Source of the DNA: Chlorokybus atmophyticus
Lineage: Eukaryota; Plantae; Mesostigma and Chlorokybus algae
Assembly (NCBI GenBank): GCA_009103225.1
Contig: RHPI01002069.1
Span: 2,442,846-2,506,845 of the forward strand
DNA length: 64,000 nt
Direction of reading: 5' to 3'
Under the pieces are notes generated by a model that ran no database searches, was not told the origin of the DNA, and was given only the letters and a program-made list of their open reading frames with translations. Shown one piece after another: positions 51,000 to 62,919 of this stretch (position 1 is the stretch's first letter; every line of letters begins with the position of its first letter). The position numbers and the translations under genes were made by a program.

Positions 51000-52100
51000 T
51001 CATTGTGCCCTTTAAGGGGCTGAGTGCCCATCAATGGGCCGAGTGTCCAGCAGCGTGATGCAGCGTCACTAATCTCACTGGGTCACTGGGTCATTGGGTC
51101 ACAGTGTACCAGGCTGGTAATACCTGAATGATAACTGAATCACTGCCAGTGATTGCTGACGTGCCAGAGTGGGGGTTCCTTCATGCGGCATGAATCATGC
51201 CCCATCATGGATAGGACAGCCAGCCAATTTGCTTGCAATGCAATCCGTGGGGGGAAGCCGATTGGTCAGCAGCTGAGCTTATCCGTAGCTGGGTTACGAA
51301 TAAGCTCAGCAGTCGAACCTCCCGAGGGGGGTTTCACTGCTACCCATCTTGCAAGTCCTGCACGCGCTAGGACGAGGCGGATTTCGGTGTGTCGTGTCGA
51401 GTCCGGGGGGAGTCTATTAGAATTGTGGCCTGTCAAGTCCGAGTCGTTCTCGGTTTGTTGCACAAGGCGGTTCAATATATCGCGGAATTATTTGCTAATC
51501 CGCATAGACTCGACCGGTTTTGTTTCTTGTAATGTTGGTGCGGTTCCTCGAAAGTTCGTGTGATGCGGCGGAAGTGGACTCGCAATGTCCGCGTGCTTCG
51601 GCTCGACAAACGGCGTCGTTTATACTTAAGGTTAGCGGTGTTGAGACTTGGCGCCAATTGGGGCGGCAAGGCTATGGGCGGCGAGGGTGGCGGTAGCTTT
51701 GACGGCATGGGCGGTGGTTGGTGCATGGGCGGCGGCGGCAGCGGGTGCAGGGGGATAGGTTGTTGAGGCGTGGGGGAAAGGCCTCAGGTGATGCTTGCTC
51801 TTTGCCCCTTGATCTGATACGTCCCCATGACTGATCGGAGCGGGGGTGGGCTAGCCTGTTGCCTAATCTCCTGTCGCTTGCACCCACTTGCGGTGTTGTT
51901 GGTCTGGGTGGCAGCTAATCGCCTAGGTGCGTTGTGGTAGGATTGTAGCCTTGTGGACCTCATCGGCGGGGTTTGGCTAGTTTACCTGCACCCGCTTGCA
52001 CTCGCTTGCAAAATTGTTAGTGTAGGTAGTCTTGTGTAGCCTTGTGGCCTTGTAAGTAGCCTTATATAGTCTTGCTGCATAGTATAGCCTTGTATAGCTC
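51000..52100 (-). mobile_element. Decayed TE coding remnant, possibly LINE ORF1 and 5' UTR
   Basis: Broken Pro-rich ORF then TEIRLVLARAGLARWVAVKPP; upstream TATATAAGG and short tagccttg-like repeats. Family not certain. Confidence 0.3.
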
Positions 52101-52345
52101 AGAGGTCTGTCTATTGTTTCATTGCAAGTTGCAGATGTTAGTGTATGTTAGTGAGCATGTGTAGAGTTGTGTCTAGAATGATGTGTGCACAACTGCCACG
52201 AAATACAAGCAATGCAAGTGTTTGAATTGTGTGTGTGATGGTGAATGTGTGTTTGGGTGCAGTCACTTCGTGAGCATCATGCGCGTCTGTTGCCTGCACT
52301 ACAATTGCTGTACTGTATCTCATTTGGGGGGGAGGGGGGGGGGGG

Positions 52346-52427
52346 NNNNNNNNNNNNNNNNNNNNNNNNNNNNNNNNNNNNNNNNNNNNNNNNNNNNNNN
52401 NNNNNNNNNNNNNNNNNNNNNNNNNNN
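52346..52427. other. Assembly gap (82 N) flanked by G-runs
   Basis: Directly visible. Confidence 0.99.
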
Positions 52428-52555
52428 GGGGGGGGGTTATGGCGTGTGTGTGATACAATGCACTCTTGGCATAAGAGACAACCAGCCAGACACAGGCAGC
52501 AACTCTGCACCATTTAACATGCTTAGCACACTATCACCAAGACAGCCAATTGTTG

Positions 52556-53240
52556 CTGACTATGTAGCCCAAAGCTTGCAGCATCTGTCTACCTAAGTAC
52601 TCTGAATATGCCCGGTGGAATGCACTCAACGAGAGTGCACTATGATTGTATCCAATGTTTGCCTCAAGCTGCCTGCCAGCCCTCAAATGTCCCACGCAAG
52701 GCAGCTTGACCGTAAACTAGATACATTTGTTGTTGTGTGTTCGGTTGCGTAGTAGAGTTGTGTGCGGTGCCCAGACAACTGGCCGAGACTCTTGTTGGCA
52801 TGATCGCATACCATGTCGACAGTTAGTAGGGGCACAGTCTCAAAGACTCGGTGCTTAAAAGTTGGCAAGGCGAACATTGTGCCTCATAGCATATCGTCCG
52901 CACGCATGTGTTGAGCAGCACTGGTGATGTTCTCAAGAATGTACGACTTACCTGACCCTTGCAGCCGTTGCCTTAGGTCATGGAGCAGTGTGGTTCCACT
53001 TGTATGAGTGCGCCCGACGTTGGCTCTCAAGTATGCAGCGTGCAAAGGCCTGGCAGGGTGGGCTGGCCCATACCAAGTCGTAATCAGTCAAGTCAACTGT
53101 GAGTGCGTCACCTAGCATGAATGGGAACGGGTACTCTGATTGTGCCTGGATGTCCAGGCCTGTAACATCAAAACCTGCACGGTATAACCCCATGATGGCC
53201 CCCCCATTATCACAACAGAGGTTCAGCAACCGCGGGCGGT
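52556..53240 (-). pseudogene. Compact phage/bacterial-type C5 cytosine methyltransferase, near full length, frameshifted
   Basis: RLLNLCCDNGGAIMGLYRAGFDVTGLDI...YPFPF..GDAL; YDLVWASPPCQAF (IV); YILENIT (VI); L*GTMFALPTFKHRVFET (VIII); ECIPPGYSEYLGRQML (X). Confidence 0.85.
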
Positions 53241-53444
53241 GTGGCTCGCCGTTGGCTCTGAGCCATGTGTGTGTAATGAGAAGCGGAGAGTCTGTGCACC
53301 AGTGCGGTAGACATGGCAATGGGGGGTCCACCTTCTGATGAGTGGGTACTCTGCAACCACCGACGCGCATGCACACGTCTTAATTGTCGGATGTTAGACA
53401 CAGCACAATGTTGTGCTTGTCAATGTGCATGTGTTGCAGGTCAC

Positions 53445-54410
53445 CATTGTGGAAGCGCACGCTGTGTCGTGCTGCATCAGAATCTTGACATTCAGCGAGT
53501 GCGGAAGGGGCACATTGCTGCATTGTGCTTATGCAACCGCGTGTGTTGTCTTACCATTGCAGGCATAGTTGTATATATCACCGGCATACCATTCACGATC
53601 TGCCGGCCAAAACACCCGGACACTGCATCCCACCAAGGCAGCACCACCTGCTCCGATGCGACGCCGTTGTATGGCAACGTGGACATGCTCAAGAGCCTGG
53701 ACGGCAACCTGTGGCTGGATATCAGGTGCGTGCGCGTGTCCGTGCGCACGCATGCACGTGCATGTGCGTGTGTGTGCGTGTGCGTGCGCTGACAAGTGTT
53801 TGTACATACCGTACTCTCAAGGGTAGTGAGTGATGGCCCTGCTGTTGCTGCACCTGTTGAGGTTTGTCTCGTGCCTCGTTCTTGTGTGTATCCCCGTCCG
53901 CAACGCGTGAGCTGCGCCTGTTGCAACGCACAGTGAGTGTGAAGGCACAGCCAGCAGCATGACAGGCGTGGTGTGCTGTGTGGCCATGATTGCGAGTGCA
54001 TAGGTCATGGATGACTCACCTGTGCACACTGCACCAGCCCAGTGCGAACAAAGCCGGGATAGACATAAGGCATGTTTCGCAATTGGTAACCACGCCACTC
54101 ACAGGGAGTGCTGTCACATTGATGGCATTTGTACTGCATGTTGAAAACGCTTGTTTTTTGCATATCAGCTGGCCGCGACACTGCAAGATGTGCATGCCCT
54201 TGGCATGATGATGCCAGCATGCGGCGATGAACGCAAATTGCTGCGCATACTGACTGCATTGCCGTTGGTGTAGTTGTAGACGAGCTCGCTGCCCATTGGT
54301 AACAACATACGCCTTGCACACTTAGCATACGAGTGCGCGGCGCAGCGTCGACGATGTGGACATGCTGGCTGGTGATGTTGAAGGAATGTGTTGGCATGGC
54401 CAGCTGCAAA
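53445..54410 (-). pseudogene. Spliced coding remnant ending in a Tudor-like domain
   Basis: Three exons joined by phase-0 GT-AG introns; exon 53445-53708 contains LVGCSVRVFWPADREWYAGDIYNY...HAVA*, a plant-type Tudor signature. Confidence 0.6.
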
Positions 54411-54922
54411 TTCTGCCCTAATTTGGCGAAATCAACCCTAATTTTTCGAGAACAATGCCGACCAGGCCTTCAAGACTACTACGTGGTTGGGAAGAAGGCG
54501 GCGGCGGCGGCGAAACTAGCGGTGGTGGAGACAACGGAGGTGACGCAGTTGCTGGCATGTCGGCTGGTTGTGGGCAAGGGTGCGATGTGGATGCCTGTAG
54601 TGCCAGCACTTTGCATGCAGTCCCGTTTTTAGGCACTTGTAAGTCTTCAATGCTGCAAGCCACTCCTCCGTGCAACTCATTATAAAACCGCCATTTAGTT
54701 CTCCTCGTTCCCTGAAAATAGTTGCACGTCTTCCGTCTTCCTCAACACTTGCCAAGTCTAGTTCATGATCACTGTCGGCTGGTTGTGTGCAAGGGTGCGC
54801 TGTGCATGCCTGTAGTGCATGCACCTTGCATGTAATTTAGTCAGGCAGTTGTAAGTCCTCGACGATGCCAAGCCATTCCTCCATGGTGTTGTGCATGAAG
54901 CCGTCATCAACTTCTTTCTCGT

Positions 54923-56018
54923 TGTCTAAGCATAGCTGCACATCTTCCTCTTCCTCATCTCCAGCCAAGTCTGCTTAATGTTTACTGTCTTCTGACTCCG
55001 AGTCGCTGGACAACTCCCCATCTCAACCATCAGCTGTATGTGTGTGTCTATGACCTATAGCCGACTCAGGGACTTGTGTTTGCGTCGGTAAACCCTGGTT
55101 TAAGTTGCTGCAACCAATCCAAGAGCAACTAGCGGAACAGCACGCACCATTCTTGCGGCACTTGCATGCCATGGTCTTGCATTGGTTTTTCTTGCAGCTG
55201 CATCCGTGCCACAGTAGTTCTGTCCGGTTCTTGGCTGCAGCCATGTTCTCATGGGTGTCCATGATGGCAGTAACTTGGCTATCGACCACCGCAAACCCAT
55301 GGTCAACCAAGGGAGGCAGTTGCAGCTCTGCACGCCGAAACTAAAGCCACATGTCCACCACCCAACAAGAGCGCAAACAGTGGTAAGTTAAAGCTTGTGT
55401 GGAAGATATGTCTTCAGGATTGTCACTGATGTGTGGCCATGATGTTGTTCTTATTACTTTCAGCCAGCCCTGTCTAAGCATAGCTGCACATCTTCCTCTT
55501 CCTCATCTCCAGCCAAGTCTGCTTAATGTTTACTGTCTTCTGACTCCGAGTCGCTGGACAACTCCCCATCTCAACCATCAGCTGTATGTGTGTGTCTGTG
55601 ACCTATAGCCGACTCAGGGACTTGTGTTTGCGTCGGTAAACCCTGGTTTAAGTTGCTGCAACCAATCCAAGAGCAACTAGCGGAACAGCACGCACCATTC
55701 TTGCGGCACTTGCATGCCATGGTCTTGCATTGGTTTTTCTTGCAGCTGCATCCGTGCCACAGTAGTTCTGTCCGGTTCTTGGCTGCAGCCATGTTCTCAT
55801 GGGTGTCCATGATGGCAGTAACTTGGCTATCGACCACCGCAAACCCATGGTCAACCAAGGGAGGCAGTTGCAGCTCTGCACGCCGAAACTAAAGCCACAT
55901 GTCCACCACCCAACAAGAGCGCAAACAGTGGTAAGTTAAAGCTTGTGTGGAAGATATGTCTTCAGGATTGTCACTGATGTGTGGCCATGGTGTTGTTCTT
56001 ATTACTTTCAGCCAGCCC
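54923..56018. repeat. 548 bp tandem duplication (54923-55470 / 55471-56018) containing the Cys8 finger
   Basis: Identical ORF pairs offset by 548; two substitutions noticed between copies. Confidence 0.95.
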
Positions 56019-59000
56019 TCAAGGCAGGTGGAATCGTCTTTGTTGCTCCGCGCTCTGTTGATGTCGTAAAACAGGGCTGCTGGTGAAGTGGTAGACAGGA
56101 ACGCTGCCTTGTGCTTCTATAAGTACGCTGAGCCAATCAGCCGCAGCATCATGGGAATGGCAGTGTCTCTTGTGATAGCGCCGTCGAGAGAGATAAATTC
56201 AGCTTCTCTACCCAGTGCGTGCTGCCAGAAGAATAACTTGGAAATACCAGCGGTGTAGCTGGTAATTTCAAGGCATTATCAGCCGGTAACTGCGTAGAAT
56301 AGCAGGACATGATGTGCCGCTCGGTTTGGGTCGGTGTGACGCATGTGAGGCAAATGTTGCAGGTGCTGGTACACCTTGTTGAGGTTCATAAAGGGCGCCC
56401 TAGTGAAGGCACTCCCATTGCTGATCTGCACATGTACCTGCTTTGCATCCACACCCCATATCTCCAGAGCTGCCAGACCGTTGATGCTGACATCAGTGTC
56501 TGGTAAGTAGATGAGGATGTTTTGCTGTGTGCACATTCGCGCGTGGTACCAGACGCGCGAGTCTGCTTTTGCATGATTGCATATGTATGTTGCAAATGTG
56601 TCAAACATAAGAACTCCATCCTCGAGTCGCACACGGCGTGCGTTGTTCGCCCACTTGTGACAGTCTGAACCACCAGCTATTATAACCTCCTACCGGGACG
56701 CTGGTGTGCCGCAGCCATCTCAGGAATCACGGACGTGAACATGTGGCACAGCTGCCGTTTGAGACTGCGGTCACTAAGAAGAGTGCGCCACGCTCTTGGC
56801 ACCTCAGATGTAAGTGATAGTGGCCCTGTACTGCGAGCTGTTAAGCCATCTCGATCAACTGCAAAGCTTACTTGACACCTGTAGCATGTTTTTGGTCATC
56901 AAAGACCACATGTAGCGCTTGCAGTGTTGGATTGTGCAGTCTCGGAATGATGCATGTATTAAGCAAATAGTCCAGGTAGTCTGTATGGTGGTTACATGTG
57001 GTAAAGGGCTCTTGTTGATCAAGAACATCCCCTCTTGGATCTGGCACTCGACTCCGGGTGGAAAGCTGCGACGCTCGGCATCATCGCCGCCGCCAACCAG
57101 GGCAGCAAGGAAGGCTGCCTTGCTGCCCTTGCGCATTGCGCCATCCTCAGTGAACAGAGCAGAGGGTATGGCAGCATACTGCGCAGTGCACGAGTCTTCG
57201 CTGGCACCTTGCTTCGCTAGTTGTTTAAGTAGCAGCATCTGCGCACAGCACAGTGCTGGTCAATACGTGTATAAGCCACAGACACGCAGACGAGACCAAT
57301 CAACATTCAGTCGCTCACTGACCTTCTGCCTCCTACGTGTTTTCAAGGCGGTACTGGCTTTCTTTGCTTTGTGGACCATGGCCATGGTCTTAGGACCAAA
57401 GCGCTTGGTGGCCTTGCACCCAGGCACTTCGCAACTTTAAGGTGCCAATTGCGTGAGCGAATGGCACAATATAGCTGAATGTAGCAGGCAGCCTCTCTTT
57501 GTGTCCAATCCCACCATAGGGCGAATGTGGCATCTAATTCGCTGCGCTCCTGTCCCCATTTGCTAAACTTCTTGTACCATGATGGGTCTGCCTTGTTCAG
57601 CTTGCTCCAGTCTTGGCTCTGAACAAGTGCCGTGCTATCCCCAAAGCTTCTGGACCAAACCATGATGAAATGACGGTATACAGCTTCCCATGCCTGCAGC
57701 AAAAATGTGTGCAGACGCTTCCACTGACTGGCGTCCAGCAGCAGATTGCACACGGTGCTCTTCTGGAACCCGTGACGCAGCGCCAACTGCTTTGTACCGG
57801 CATCAAATGCTATCTTTATAGGCATAGGCAACAAGTCGTACAGTGTGTGCCAGTCCCCAGGCAAAGCCATGAGCCAGTCCCAGTAGCCTGGCTCGTTTTG
57901 CTTCAGCTGCCCCATAAGGCTGAAGGTCTTCTGACCTCTTGTGACCGCAACGTGGTGTCTTAAGGGATCAACATTAAGTCTCCAACGTACTTCATCAAGA
58001 GCGAGCCTTAGATTGTTGCTGATGTCTAGGTTGCATGGCAGCAGTGGCAAGTACAAGACCTTGCTGGAGCTTCCTCCACCCTTGGCCGAGTGTGAAGCCA
58101 CGCCTCTTTTGAAGTTCCCTCTGCATATGGGTTCTCCGGGTTGAACATTCGTTGTAGCAGAGTGTAGTGCATGTTAACTTGCCAATCCTGCACAGCACCC
58201 TGCTCCGCCCACGACATGTTGACTATCTCGTGTGAACCAGGTGGGATTACTAGCTCTGCACGCCCAACAAATGCCCAGACATATGTGGGTGGGCACAGGT
58301 GCATCCCTGCCAGCTTCCGCAAGTGTATGGTGCCTGCAGACCTGTAGGCCATTGCATTCAAAGGTAAGACTTGCATTCAGATCTACCAAGCTGGAAACAA
58401 CCTTAGCACATGCAAACACAGCAACTGCACTCAACTCAACTGTCACCTCAACATCATGTTGCATTAATTCACCGACAGTTGTGTCCCTAGGGATGGGTAT
58501 AGTTGCCAGTGTGGTTGCGCAGTGCAGATCTGTCATAACCTTGCCGTCGTAGCGACCCATGAACTGGCTTTTCATGTCCCAGTTGTTGATCGTGAGCATG
58601 ACAAACTCCCCTTCATCTGGGTTGACTGGAGCTGGCTTCGTCAATGTCACCTTGTCCCTGGCTGTAATAGCCATGTCCAAAGTGTCACGACTAATACACG
58701 TGCACATTCAATTGAACATCTGAACGAGCACGTCACTGCTGGAGAAGGCGTCCCGTGTCTCTGCAAGCGCCATGCATCTTTGAGTATGCCTTCAGATTCC
58801 TAGCATAGATCGCTGTGGACAACAGCAAGCCAATGCGCAAGACTTTGCGCTCGATGCGTGGCGGCGCGTTGTCCCACTCCAGCGAGCTCAGGTGTGCTTC
58901 GTCATGGCGGTTCGGTGCCTCAAAGAGCGCAACCAGCTCAGGGTTAGCATCGCGCTCTTCTTGCGCGTCCATGTTCCTTAAATTAGGGCCTTTTGTTGCA

Positions 59001-62000
59001 TTAAATGCCACCTTGCGCTTAACCTCGCATCCATCAGCTGCCTGATGTAGCGCAGAGCATCGCTGTTCAACGGCGAGCTCCCCGACTTGCTGCCAACTGC
59101 AGATGCTCTGAGGATATGCTGTGTCGGGTCGAACCACTCCGGCATGACCATAGTGCCATTTACCTTGTTCTTGGCCACAACGAACTGTGCAGCTGTCTTT
59201 AAACATCTAGCAGCTGCATTGTGCAGTTGCCGCACATCTTCGACTCCATGCTGCTTGCATAATGTGTGTTGAGACTAACACAACACACACTGCTCAGCAG
59301 TTGCTTTGCCATCGCTACCAAAGCTTGATGAACCGCTCCATCTCCATGGCTCGCCACCACTTTCTTCAGTTGATCTTCATGCTCACGCCTTTGTTGAGGA
59401 GACTGCGCCTCTGGTACTGCACTCCTAGACAGGAATGTCAGCGCGCTGTTCACGTAGTAGGTCAACTTGTTGCTGCAGGCGTGCTGCCTGCTCATTGTTG
59501 CATTCTTTTGGAACCTGTGTTTCGCATTCAAGCCCTCTAATTTTGTTGCCCAACTCCTCCACTTCTACAGACTGCCTACGATGCTGCTCCACCAGTTCCG
59601 TGTGCTGTCCACTGACCACAGCATTGGCAGCGACCTCCGCTTCAAGCATCCGGCGCGCCATGTCCCTCGCCAGCCGTGCAGGTAGACAACTCAGCGTCCA
59701 AACTGGCCTTGCTTTGCTCCAGGTTGGTTACTCGTTGCCTTACAGCCGCAGCCTCACACTTCAGACTAGTTGCATGCGTTTGCAGCTGTTGCAGCGCCGC
59801 TTGACTGTCTTTCCGCACTCGTTGCACTGACCCCATGCTGCTTCTGCAGTCATTCAATCTATTGCAACCAGCCGCAAGGCCCCTGCTCCACTGCCGACAC
59901 TTGCTTGTATGCATCTCGCATCAGCTCCTCAGCGTCCGCCACACGGACAGATAGTTGCTCAATTGCTTGTGCTTCACTCAATCGCGCTGCCTCCGCCTTT
60001 GCTCAGCCAGATGACTAGCCCTGTCGGTGATCTCTGTGTGTTGTCATTGTGATTCACGCAGGTCATCTTAGAGCGCAGCAACAGTTTCTTCAGCTGCCTG
60101 CAACTTCTCCTCAAGGTGCGCACCGTGATCGCTGCATTGTTGCTGGCCTTTCGCAGCTCTCATGCGCTCCCCTTTTTCGCTTGCCACTTGGAGTTCTGTT
60201 GCACGCCTGCGGTCGTTGCACGTGTGCCACATCACCTCCAGCTCATCCACTCTCACTCGCAAGGTGCGACTCACACGACGCTCCTCAAGCAGATCGGACG
60301 TCGCCATGCGCAGCTGACCTGGAGCACTACCAATCTGCTCTTGTAGTTGTGCAATGTCAACATCCAATGCCGCTGCTGCCTCACGCGCTGCGCTGAGCTC
60401 TTCATGCAATGATGCAGCCTGCACCTCTAGCCGCTGCGCGTTCATGACATGCTGCTGATCAGCCCATGCGGCTGCATGAAGCCTTGACGACTCCTCAAAT
60501 GCGTCCATCCTTGCGCTATCATTGCTCGCTGCGCCTGCTCCTCCCGCAGAGAGCTGGCAAGCACTCTCAACGCCTCTTTTGCGGCCAACAGGCGGCATCT
60601 AGTCTCCTCTCTCTGCGCCTGCTCCTCCAATCGCACAGTGGCAGTGTTCCTCAACTCCTCCTCTGCAGATGCTACACGATTGATGGATGCCTGGCGCTGG
60701 GCCTTCTCTTCCACCAGTGCAACTGCCGTCACCTTCAGCTCCTCGTGCGCCTCTTGAAGACGTGTTTGCAAAGCAGTTAGCATCTCCGCTGCAGCGCGTA
60801 GGTTGCTCTGTAACTCAGTATTAACTTCTACTTGCACTTGTAGCTTTGCCTGCATCTGCGTATATTCAACAGCAGATGAGTGTGTGACACCGTGCATGAA
60901 AGTAGCATTGTATAGACAGCCAGTTGCTTGTATAATCAACCTGTGCAGTCCCTTCAGTGCACATAGCTCCGCACGTCCTGCGTCTTACAGCTCTTCCTAA
61001 GCACACAAGCCAGTGTAGGGACACACACGACACATCAGGTGCACTCGCAAGATACAACAGAAAAGTATACAAGTGCAGTAACTCTCTTGTATTCATTTTG
61101 CAAATGTCGAACTCGTGGCAGACAACTAGTGCTGCACCTACGCTCATGACAAAAACAGCTATCTGAAGTTCAGCGACGCACCACGAACATTTGAAGTGGG
61201 TAAGTCTTCTTGGCCGTCCCCATGGTGCCCGCTGAGGTGCGAGTGTCTGACTGTGATAGTTTCACTTGGTTTGGCCTTTTAGGCAGCCCTAGCGCGGCAT
61301 CGGACGCCCTTGTTGTTGGTCGCAGCAAATTGCCATCAGCATCCACGTAACACTGGTTCTCTCAGTCATATACAGGTGGTGAACGCGTATGTGCCTATCA
61401 ACAACCCATTGCTTATGATGGATGCATAGCAAACGGCAATTTGACATATAGCACACCACATTTAAAGCCAGTCAAATAACAGATCCATCAGCTATAGACA
61501 TGACTTAAGCACCCCCACAAAAAGCTGATGTTTGCAAGCAATCGCATCTGTTGTCGTGGAGCAAGCGCGAAAGCAGCGTCATGCATCTGTGAGTGTAACT
61601 GCGACAGCTGGGTATAGTGCAAGGGGACAGCCTGAGGAGGACTCAGCACGCTGGTAGCGCGCACTGCCACCTCATTCATTAGCCTCGGCTGGATGGATTC
61701 TCTACGCATGCACGATGCAAGTCGTGTTACAACACAAAGTTGTGACAGATCAATAGTGTTGAGCACAACTACCACCATCACAATTCATACACATGCTCAC
61801 CGGCAGCATCGTGAAACCGGTAGGTGTCACCACCCAACACCTGCCGCTGGTCAAGGCAAGTGCATAGACTCCAACAGCGCCCATGCAGCTCTCAATCTTT
61901 AAATCCCTTTTTTACAGGGTCTTGATTTGCTCCTGCTGCCTCTCACAATCATTCTGTGCCGACAGCTTCTTCATCTTCACCTTGACAGTCTCGTCCTTGT

Positions 62001-62183
62001 AACCCTTAAGCTCCTTGCACTTGAGACCGGTTGCCTGAGGTGGCGGCAAAGTATGCTCTTGCTCCCGCACTCACTCCCATTGAACTCATCAAACGGATTA
62101 CCCTCCCGCTGTGTACCGTTAGTTACAAATTCACCAATATCTGCTACTGGGCGATTGGAGAAGACACTCGGCATCGTCGACAT
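54923..62183 (-). mobile_element. Decayed AcademX DNA transposon gene: N-terminal region, coiled coil, transposase, XPG-like nuclease, Cys8 finger
   Basis: INNWDMK...DLHCATT and LPGDWH (transposase 57300-58700); LFTEDGAMRKGSKAAF, QEGMFL, HAKADSRVWYHA...PDTDV, FYAVTG (XPG 56050-57240); CSCKKNQCKTMACKCRKNGACCSASC..C. This domain order defines AcademX. TIRs not found. Confidence 0.78.
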
Positions 62184-62267
62184 TGTCTCAAGCCGCCGCC
62201 GCCGCCAGCGGCTTACTCTCCCAACACGACCAATACGCCCACACAGGCGCTGATCAGCGGAAACATT

Positions 62268-62275
62268 TTTATATA
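62268..62275 (-). promoter_or_regulatory. Putative TATA box upstream of the Academ gene start
   Basis: TATATAAA on the minus strand about 100 nt upstream of a candidate ATG (MSTMPS, near 62175). Confidence 0.4.
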
Positions 62276-62919
62276 AGTTGAATCGTGCGCTCCCTGCAAT
62301 GGTCCGCCAAGACTGAACACAAAATGACTAGGGTAAAGTCGCCCTATTTCGTGATGTTTTGAGGTTATTTTGTAGTAACTTCCGTTGTGCTGCTTTCGGG
62401 GCGGCATCCCTCATATTAAAGTAATATAGGAGATTATTAGCTACGCAACGCATGTGTTTTTGGATTTTTGTGCTCTACAGCGCCCGTCACACCCTCTCAA
62501 AGTTCGGGGTGTAACGGGTGATGCCTGTTTTGCGAAATTGCCTAATTTCGTAAGTTGCTTTCGCATGCAAAATGGCTGCATACAGCCTAACTGTGCTGTT
62601 AGCCACCTGCCTCATGCCGGGGCGGTTTGGCTGCATGCTTGCTGTAATCTGCAGCACTTGACAATGGCTGCAGCCAAGTTGTGGCGTGGCGCCGCCCACT
62701 TTGGCGCCAAGTGCCATTGCTTTTGATGCCATAGCCAACGCAGTGGTTGGGGTGGAGGTTGGCGATGCAATTGGCCGCAAGCAAGCAAAGGTGAGCAGTA
62801 GGTTGTGCACGCCTTGCATGCATGCATCACTCATACACTCCTGCATTAAAAGTTAGAAGGTGTTATGTATTTACGGCATGGTGTCCTCATGGTGTCCTAT
62901 GTACAAAGTCCAGCTAGTC

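Noticed and set aside
54460-54480. TAGTCTTGAAGG as an Academ terminus
   Set aside because: No partner TIR was found and the site lies within an apparently continuous coding frame.
62485-62520. Helitron 3' hairpin
   Set aside because: A hairpin is present but there is no CTRR terminus at the expected distance on either strand.
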